From positions 1-22,833 of the forward strand of contig CAVYAN010000044.1 in assembly GCA_963766075.1 (NCBI GenBank): a stretch of 22,833 nt of DNA. Direction: 5' to 3'. A program made the position numbers and the translations under genes. The notes beneath the pieces are model-generated. The model was given only the letters and a program-made list of their open reading frames with translations. It was not told the origin of the DNA and searched no databases. Every line of letters starts with the position of its first letter. Positions within the stretch are counted from its first letter, which is position 1. Origin of the DNA: an uncultured cyanobacterium. Lineage in GTDB: Bacteria; Cyanobacteriota; Cyanobacteriia; Leptolyngbyales; Leptolyngbyaceae. Positions 9,101 to 14,847 of this stretch are shown one piece after another.

Positions 9101-10759
9101 CCCGATGGCAACTTAATCGCCTCGGCTAGCAATGATAAGACCGCTAAACTCTGGAGTCGAGATGGTGATGCGATCGCCACATTTAAGGGGCACCGCGATG
9201 AAGTGAATGCAGTCGCATTTAGCCCAGATGGTAAAACTATAGCCTCGGGGAGTAATGACCAAACTATCCAACTTTGGCACTCAGATGGTTCTCGCATCAA
9301 AGCATTGACGGGACACAGCGCTAAGGTGAATGCAGTGGCATTTAGCCCGGATGGTCAAACCCTTGCTTCGACCAGTGAAGATAAGACGATTCGCCTCTGG
9401 AAGCTGGACGGCACGCCGATCAACATGCTGAAGGGTCATAGTGGCGGGGTTCGAGGCATTTCCTTCAGCCCCGATGGTCAGTGGATAGTTTCGGCGAGTG
9501 TGGATAAAACGATCAGACTCTGGCGATCGGATGGTACTTGGCAATCCACTTTTCCAACACAAAGTAATATAATTTACGACGTTAAGTTTAGCGCCGACAG
9601 TCAACGCATTATCTCAGCTAGTAATGATAAGACGGTCAAACTTTGGAATCGAGACGGGACATTACTCAGAACCTTGGAAGGGCACAGTAATGGAGTCATG
9701 GGAACTGCCTTTAGCCCGGATAGCGAAACCATTGCTTCCGCCAGCTTGGATCGGACAGTCAAACTCTGGAATCTCAAAAATCCTTTGGAAACTATCCTTA
9801 ATGGACATGATGGTTCAGTTCGGGATGTCGCTTTTAACCCAGAGGGTCAAACCCTCGCTTCCGCCAGTAATGATCACACGATTAAGCTCTGGACGCAGCA
9901 TGGCGCTTTCCTGAAAACACTCGAAAAACATAGTGATAGGGTTTATGGCGTCGCCTTTAGCCCAGATGGTCAAGCGATCGCTTCCGCCAGTCGAGACAAC
10001 ACGCTTAATCTTTGGAGGCGGGATGGGACTTTCCTGACCGCGCTCAAACAACATCGCGGTTGGGTTACGGGCGTGGCCTTTAGTCCTGACAACCAGTTGC
10101 TTGCTTCTGCCAGTGCCGATCACACGGTTAATCTCTGGACACGCGAGGGCGCTTTCCTGAAAACACTCGTAGGCCATACCGACAGGGTTTGGGGTGTCGC
10201 GTTTAGTCCGGATAGTCAGCGCATTGCCTCTGCCAGTAATGATAAAACCATCCGACTTTGGCAGCGGGATGGGACTTTCCTCAAAGCGCTCAAAGGCCAT
10301 AAAGAAAGCGTCAATGCCGTCACATTTAGTCTTGATGGTCAACTCATGGCCTCTGCCAGCAATGATAAAACGATCAGGCTCTGGAAGCAGGATGGGACTT
10401 TCTTGAAAACACTTGAGGGACATACAGAGGGCGTGATTAAAGTCGCATTCCGGCATGACAGCCAACTGCTGGCTTCCACCAGTGTGGATAAAACTATCAA
10501 ACTGTGGAACAAAGAGGGGGCTTTGTTGGCCACCCTCAATGGCTATCGCGAGGGGGTGATTGGTGTGGAATTTAGCCCGGATGGTCAAACGCTGGCGGCA
10601 ACGAGTGTTGATGGAACGGTTACCCTCTGGGATCTTCAGCGGGTTCTCGATATCCAGGCTCTCCCCACCCATGGCTGTGATTGGCTACGCGATTATTTGA
10701 AAACCAATCCCAGCATAGGTGGGGGCGATCGCCAGCTTTGCCCCCACCCCGTACAATAA
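6131..10759 (+). CDS. CHAT (caspase-fold) protease - nSTAND1 NTPase - TM helix - 14x WD40 protein (1542 aa)
   Basis: ATG 1 nt after the DUF1822 stop. Catalytic FAGHS (His ~6845) and FNSCDG (Cys ~6983). CPYQGL..F, Walker A GPSGSGKSS, Walker B LLIVDQFEE, LPLLEFALTQLW, VHEALL. RRQKRRRK followed by a hydrophobic helix (~8640-8710). 14 WD40 repeats; C-terminal GCDWLRDYL...LC. Confidence 0.92.
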   Translation: MPNTVVINLGNGDLAQGFPTVTARLWDDRHPRAEQFMGSLPAMPDLAESYRIWQSTYRALCDRRFIRSAPEEAEDELEISTGGITNVSQVSFQALSQQLQRQLNDWLQSEGFRNIERQLRSQLHPNAEIRVIFEVNDDLLHRLPWHCWHFLRDYTNAEVALSCPEYKRRAGSRSLMARKLVRILAILGNSHGIDVAAERQLLQRLPDAETQVLVMPSRSDLNHQLWDPLGWDILFFAGHSQTEGQMGRIYINDNPVHNSLTIDQLGEALNTAIDNGLKLAIFNSCDGVGLAQALAALPIPQVIVMREPVPNRVAQEFFQHFLTAYATDRLPLYVAVRQARRRLQGLEDDFPGASWLPVICQNPAIDPPTWLQLGGMPPCPYQGLFAFQATDADVFFGREQFTQSLVKAVQHKALVAVVGPSGSGKSSVVFAGLVAQLRLRDRSTPPHQIVSFRPGGSPFDALAEALIQELPEVTLAAKDSRFLDPSQALQFRTLELAVELQQDPHALCQRIAKWVQHSPGARLLLIVDQFEELYTLCPEDQRQLFLESLLNAVQLAPAFTLVLTLRADFYGYALSDRRFSDVLQDAVYNLGPMSQAELQRVIGQPAAQRQVQLEAGLVDQLMQATWGHAGRLPLLEFALTQLWARQQEGWLTHQAYAEIGGVEEAIANHAETVYAQLVGSDRRRIQQILVQLVEPGTGIEPSRRLATRDEVGEANWDLVTRLASARLVVTNRNDTTGEETVEIVHEALLRNWGRLEQWIAVDGEFRRWQEGLRIVRRQWENSSHDEEALLRGKRLTDAKYWSVSRDDELSSRDREFIHLSVSVQERDHRRQKRRRKTILSSLVAGLIAALILAGLAWWGWQRSARSEVQAALSEVRAIRITSDALFGSGKPFDALVEALRASQKLKTLAGADAETRTGVELALRQSVSRVVEQNRLVGHDGGVTAVAFSRDGQVIASGSQDHTVKLWNRDGSVIRTLKGHKNEVWGVAISPDGNLIASASNDKTAKLWSRDGDAIATFKGHRDEVNAVAFSPDGKTIASGSNDQTIQLWHSDGSRIKALTGHSAKVNAVAFSPDGQTLASTSEDKTIRLWKLDGTPINMLKGHSGGVRGISFSPDGQWIVSASVDKTIRLWRSDGTWQSTFPTQSNIIYDVKFSADSQRIISASNDKTVKLWNRDGTLLRTLEGHSNGVMGTAFSPDSETIASASLDRTVKLWNLKNPLETILNGHDGSVRDVAFNPEGQTLASASNDHTIKLWTQHGAFLKTLEKHSDRVYGVAFSPDGQAIASASRDNTLNLWRRDGTFLTALKQHRGWVTGVAFSPDNQLLASASADHTVNLWTREGAFLKTLVGHTDRVWGVAFSPDSQRIASASNDKTIRLWQRDGTFLKALKGHKESVNAVTFSLDGQLMASASNDKTIRLWKQDGTFLKTLEGHTEGVIKVAFRHDSQLLASTSVDKTIKLWNKEGALLATLNGYREGVIGVEFSPDGQTLAATSVDGTVTLWDLQRVLDIQALPTHGCDWLRDYLKTNPSIGGGDRQLCPHPVQ

Positions 10760-10801
10760 TCCCCTACGTTCAATGCAGTGGCCCCAGATAGGCCCTAAGC
10801 A

Positions 10802-11329
10802 TTAAGCCTTGGGGCCAGAACCCCCCGGCTTGTCGCCAGTGTCTTGGGGTTTTGGCCTGCGAGGCTTCTTGCCAGAACCACCCGGCTTGTCGTCGCCGTC
10901 TTGGTCAGTATTTTTGGCTTTGTTCGTTTTAGCCGTCCCACCGGAGTTTCCACTGCCTCCAGGCGGATCTCCAGGGTATCCAGGCGGAGTGTCGGGGTCT
11001 TGTTCGACCCCATCGCCAGAATCACCTGTCTGAACATCGGGGGATGAATCAGTAAAGCCACCCAGTCCAAAATTAGATTGAGGACTAGAAACACGGCCAC
11101 CGGGAGGCGTGTCTGAATCCTGAGATACCTTCACCCTGAGAGTATGAAAATTCTGCCAATGGGCTTCAGACGTTGAATCGAGAACCTGGATCTTCAAGTC
11201 ACCCTGGTCTCGGTGCACCACCACCTTTAGCTCTAGTTCGGCAGATTGAATCTTTAAACCAGATTTGAGCAATTCCTGGGAGATCGCCCGGATCAGTTCA
11301 CCGGGTTCAATGGAGCGTTCCTGGGTCAT
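10802..11329 (-). CDS. Trypco2-like N-terminal domain fused to a D/G/P-rich repeat tail (175 aa)
   Basis: AGAGGA SD before ATG 11329. N-terminus I.P.ELI.AI..EL...IQSAELELKVVV...LKIQVL...HTLRVKV fits the trypsin-co-occurring domain 2 pattern by eye. Tail has four QD..PG repeats. Confidence 0.6.
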   Translation of the reverse strand: MTQERSIEPGELIRAISQELLKSGLKIQSAELELKVVVHRDQGDLKIQVLDSTSEAHWQNFHTLRVKVSQDSDTPPGGRVSSPQSNFGLGGFTDSSPDVQTGDSGDGVEQDPDTPPGYPGDPPGGSGNSGGTAKTNKAKNTDQDGDDKPGGSGKKPRRPKPQDTGDKPGGSGPKA

Positions 11330-11435
11330 CAAGGTATCCTCTAAAAATAATCAATTGCGATCTCTCGCTGCAGAATACCTCAAAATCTCAATTGTCTGCT
11401 CGTCAGTGTCATGATTTTAAACATGGACTAGACCA

Positions 11436-11468
11436 AGATCCCCGGCATTTCTAAAATGCCGGGGATCT
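11436..11468. terminator. Perfect 15-bp inverted repeat (terminator or cyanobacterial dispersed palindromic repeat)
   Basis: AGATCCCCGGCATTT-CTA-AAATGCCGGGGATCT between the 73-aa ORF and the Trypco2-like gene. Confidence 0.65.
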
Positions 11469-11585
11469 GCATCGCAGCTTAATTATGCCGCATTTGATCG
11501 CGTTAGAACTTTTAGGTTTCGGGAGTGGCTGCTCCTGAGCAGGCCACTGGCCAAACTCGGGGCTAATGCATCCCACTCGCAAGGG

Positions 11586-11807
11586 CTAGGCTGTTTTGGG
11601 TTTCTTTTTTTTCTTATTCTCCTTCTCCTCCTTCCCGGCATTTCCAGGAGGGCCGTCTGTATCCTGTGCGAGTGGGCCTATATCAGTCAGAAAAACCAAT
11701 GTATTTTCAGCAACGCGTGTGGTATCAGCAGCCCAGAAATTACGCTTAATTTGGCGCAGTAAGAACGCCGCTGCCGGTTGGGGTAGATAACGAAATTTGC
11801 TTTGCAT
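11586..11807 (-). CDS. Small hypothetical protein (73 aa) with an AQDTDGPPG motif and Lys-rich tail
   Basis: AAGGA SD ~8 nt before the ATG; shares the QD..PPG motif and a K-rich KPK ending with the neighbouring gene. Confidence 0.55.
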   Translation of the reverse strand: MQSKFRYLPQPAAAFLLRQIKRNFWAADTTRVAENTLVFLTDIGPLAQDTDGPPGNAGKEEKENKKKKKPKTA

Positions 11808-12020
11808 TTTCTATTCCTTTGTGCTGGTTCACGATCTGATAGATGTAGGCGATCGCAGCTGATGCACTTAGATTTGCAGATTCTCGATTTTCAAATGTCG
11901 GGGAGCTTGTTTCTGCATCAGTTACTTTTCCAGATCACTACTAAGAGGCAGAAGGAGAGAGAAACGCTGATTCAGCATCCTCTCCTCCGAAAGGTGACCT
12001 ATTTTATTGAGGAATTTCTA

Positions 12021-12686
12021 ATGAATAGAACAGTGTTTTACGACGGTATCCGGGTTGCTTTGTTCGATGGCAGCCTCAATCAATCTCAAGTAGACGGCAT
12101 CGATGCCATTCTCAACTTTTGGGAGTCGCCGCCGGTTGCACCGACAGGTGAATTCAAAACCAACTGGGACATTCGCAATCTGGGTTGGTTAGCCTACATA
12201 CTCGCCACTACCTACCACGAAACTGCTCGCACTATGCAACCCATTTCAGAGTACGGGGATAATACTCGCTTTACTCGACTGTATGAAGGTTCGCCAGAAT
12301 TGGGAAACACGCAAGATGGTGATGGCGCTAAATTCTGCGGACGCGGCTACGTTCAACTCACCGGACGGGCAAACTACACGCTGATGTCTTCAGTTGTGCG
12401 TGATTTTTACCCCGATAGTCCAGATTTCACCGTCGATCCGGAAGCGGTGAAGGAACCCAAATTCGCCGCGGTGATTCTATTTTATGGCATGTTCATGGGA
12501 TCGTTCACGAGCCGTTCCCTTAAACACTACATCGGTGATCCTGATCAAGGACAGAGCATCGATTTCTACAATGCGAGACAGATTATTAACGGCCTCGATT
12601 GTGCTCCTGACATTCAAGGTTATGCCGAGAAGTTCAACCAGGCACTCGATCGTGCTGGCGCTAAAACATTAGCACGGGCCGCTTAG
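12021..12686 (+). CDS. Glycoside hydrolase family 19-like lysozyme/chitinase-fold protein, endolysin-like (221 aa)
   Basis: GAGGA SD and ATG 12021. AYILATTYHET (catalytic Glu), PISEYG, GNTQDGDGAKFCGRGYVQLTGRANY, NARQIING. No signal peptide. Confidence 0.88.
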   Translation: MNRTVFYDGIRVALFDGSLNQSQVDGIDAILNFWESPPVAPTGEFKTNWDIRNLGWLAYILATTYHETARTMQPISEYGDNTRFTRLYEGSPELGNTQDGDGAKFCGRGYVQLTGRANYTLMSSVVRDFYPDSPDFTVDPEAVKEPKFAAVILFYGMFMGSFTSRSLKHYIGDPDQGQSIDFYNARQIINGLDCAPDIQGYAEKFNQALDRAGAKTLARAA

Positions 12687-12837
12687 CGGATGTTCAACCG
12701 GTCAGACCCTGGTTACCAAGGTTTTGACCGGCTCGAATCACCTCCTGACATCTTGCCCGATGCCAGAGCATCCAGCTTGCCCTGACCCACTTTTGTCGCT
12801 AAATCATCCCCTTTACCCTAATGAGGAAAGTCCACCT

Positions 12838-13188
12838 ATGACTACTAACGGCGCTACTATCGACGTCAATGCACCGAGCTTTGCTCCGTCCGAGAACGTT
12901 GAGCTAGGATCACCCCCAAAAAAGACAAATCCAGACCCTCGGGCAGATGTAGCCCGTTCGGACTCTAACACAGATGACTCCTTTGATTGGCAGAAAATCG
13001 ACTCCCTGACATTTGCCTTTCGGATGGGACTGACTCTCCTCATCCTAGTGTTTTGCCTGAATAAGCTGAATACTGCTGACCCAGGCAAGGAGAGCCCAGT
13101 CTACTGGGGTGCTATTACCGGCCTCATTGGCTGGTGGATGCCCAGCCCAGGCAATGGCAAGCCTACAGCCAAACCCGATGCCAAGTGA
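12838..13188 (+). CDS. Small two-TM membrane protein, holin-like by position (116 aa)
   Basis: GAGGA SD and ATG 12838. Disordered N-terminus, hydrophobic segments FAFRMGLTLLILVFCL and VYWGAITGLIGWWMPSP. Confidence 0.7.
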   Translation: MTTNGATIDVNAPSFAPSENVELGSPPKKTNPDPRADVARSDSNTDDSFDWQKIDSLTFAFRMGLTLLILVFCLNKLNTADPGKESPVYWGAITGLIGWWMPSPGNGKPTAKPDAK

Positions 13189-13490
13189 GTTTTTGGGTAT
13201 TGCGGAATTGAGGCATCAACCCCGTATTGAGTATCAGCTAGTAGGGACGTTGCTGCTGCCGAAGAGGCTCCGCAGTAGCAAAACGCCCCTACACATCTCA
13301 ACTGCGATTCGAGAGAATTAATCATGCCAGCTAACGTCACGAAAATTCTAGTAGTGATGAAGAAAACTCTGCATCAGTGCATTGGGTCGCTAACTACTAA
13401 GAACCAGAAGTAAAGAAGCTCCCTACCTACTCACTGCGTTGAGTTGACGCATTCTAGGCCACCTTTCACTCTATACTCAGGAAATTACTC

Positions 13491-14399
13491 ATGGAATCCC
13501 GTAAAGAACCGAATCAGAGTCCGATTGCACTCATCGCGCAACACCTTAATCAATTGTTCCGCAATGCCGAAAATCTTGCCAAAGATTCTGCCACTAAAGG
13601 TGCGAAAAGATGTCGTCAATCGTTCCAAAATGCTGAAAACCTCGTTAAGGATGGTGCCACTAAAAGCGCAGAAATTGGAACTGACATCCTAAAGTCCATT
13701 GGCATCCTTGTCAAGGATTATGCCATCCCCACTGCGGGGCTTTTCGTGGCTATTGGTGCTACTGGTGCAACTATTGGGGCAGCCTACATACAGGCTCAAG
13801 CCACCCTTGATGGCGCAAAGATACAAGCCAAGGCCGCTTCCCCATCTGCGGAAAATCCTTCCCCTCCTTCCCGCTCTATCCCTTTTGCAGCAGTTCCAAG
13901 CCCTACTAGTAACTCCATGCCGGATATAAAATTGCAAAACATCCTCATGAGTTATCTAGATCTAATCAAAGCATTGCCCGAGGATCAGCAGATCAGTCAT
14001 CCTGGAGGAGACAGACTACTTCAAGCAAAAACGCTCACCGTTTTACGTAACTTGGATGGAAAAGGGAAGGGGCAAGTAATCCGGTTTTTGGCCGAAAGCC
14101 AATTCATTCAAGCCAACCAATCAGAAATTTTGTTGTCAGGAGCCGACCTAAAAGAAATTGACTTGAAGGATGCTTGGCTGCCAGATATAAATCTGAAAGG
14201 GGCCTTCATCGGCAAGGGGATGTTAATGCATACCAATTTAAAGAGGGCAAATCTAACCGGTGCTGACTTGACCGGTGCTGATTTAACCGGTGCTGACTTG
14301 ACGGATGCTGACTTGACGGGTGCTAACTTGACCGGTACTAACCTATGCAACGCGATACTGCCCGATCGCACACAATCTAAACAAGGTTGTCCCCACTAG
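13491..14399 (+). CDS. Pentapeptide-repeat protein with an N-terminal 22-aa repeat and TM segment (302 aa)
   Basis: C-terminal A(D/N)LxG pentapeptides (15-nt tandem units ~14256-14345), family motif AKTLTVLRNLDGKGKGQVIRFLAES, hydrophobic AIPTAGLFVAIGATGATIGAAYI. Confidence 0.88.
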   Translation: MESRKEPNQSPIALIAQHLNQLFRNAENLAKDSATKGAKRCRQSFQNAENLVKDGATKSAEIGTDILKSIGILVKDYAIPTAGLFVAIGATGATIGAAYIQAQATLDGAKIQAKAASPSAENPSPPSRSIPFAAVPSPTSNSMPDIKLQNILMSYLDLIKALPEDQQISHPGGDRLLQAKTLTVLRNLDGKGKGQVIRFLAESQFIQANQSEILLSGADLKEIDLKDAWLPDINLKGAFIGKGMLMHTNLKRANLTGADLTGADLTGADLTDADLTGANLTGTNLCNAILPDRTQSKQGCPH

Positions 14400-14433
14400 T
14401 TATGGATATAGGCATAAAAAATGGGATGCTCGG

Positions 14434-14462
14434 TTGCAGCAGCGCTGGTTCGTCTGCTGCAA
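14434..14462. terminator. Hairpin between convergent genes, probable bidirectional terminator
   Basis: TTGCAGCAG-N11-CTGCTGCAA between the pentapeptide and RRM stop codons. Confidence 0.5.
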
Positions 14463-14514
14463 TCAAACACCCTTCATTTCTAGATGATTCAGTTCACGCC
14501 ACAATCGGTTGACT

Positions 14515-14745
14515 TTAATGTTTGGGTTCATCTCCTCTACCATCTTCCAGACTGAGTAAAATACCACACCATTCGGTTCCATCCAACGCTTGAATAGCGG
14601 CATCTTCTCCCTGAATCAGTTTGACCAACGCTGTGTGGGTCTCTGGCAACAATTCAATGTGCTCGATCGCTCCATAGGGTGAAAATAATGTTTCTAGATC
14701 TGCGGCAGTGATTTGAGCTGGTAAATTAAGCACCCGGATTGCCAT
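14515..14745 (-). CDS. Divergent single RRM-fold protein (76 aa)
   Basis: GGAGAG SD and ATG 14745. IRVLNLP..IT..DL..LFSPYG.I...EDAAIQALDGTEW.G resembles cyanobacterial Rbp proteins. Confidence 0.8.
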   Translation of the reverse strand: MAIRVLNLPAQITAADLETLFSPYGAIEHIELLPETHTALVKLIQGEDAAIQALDGTEWCGILLSLEDGRGDEPKH

Positions 14746-14760
14746 CGATCGCTCTCCCAA

Positions 14761-14792
14761 TGTGAAGTGTGAGGTGTGAAGTGTGAGGTGTG
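14761..14792. repeat. Heptameric tandem repeat (TGTGARG x4.5), STRR-like
   Basis: tgtgaag tgtgagg tgtgaag tgtgagg tgtg directly upstream of the RRM gene. Confidence 0.75.
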
Positions 14793-14847
14793 CAGACGGA
14801 ATGATGGTACCATGCCCGTGACTTGAGATCTGGATGGCAATCTCAGG

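Noticed and set aside
10802..11807. Known RiPP precursors (microviridin, cyanobactin, lanthipeptide) or PatS/PatX-type peptides
   Set aside because: No recognised leader or core motif, no RGSGR pentapeptide, and no modifying enzyme or peptidase-ABC transporter in the window.
11950..12000. Imperfect hairpin in the GH19 leader as a riboswitch; minus-strand 18-codon ORF (MLNQRFSLLL...) with strong SD
   Set aside because: No match to a riboswitch consensus I can recognise, and the ORF is too short to support without expression data.
1789..12837. N-terminal extensions in the ORF track (1938, 3542, 6119, 11802, 12724 starts)
   Set aside because: Downstream ATGs (1788, 3650, 6131, 12021, 12838) have SD sequences or translational coupling and coincide with the start of family similarity.
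12021..13188. Prophage remnant
   Set aside because: No integrase, terminase, capsid or tail genes nearby; the flanks are plasmid and signalling genes.
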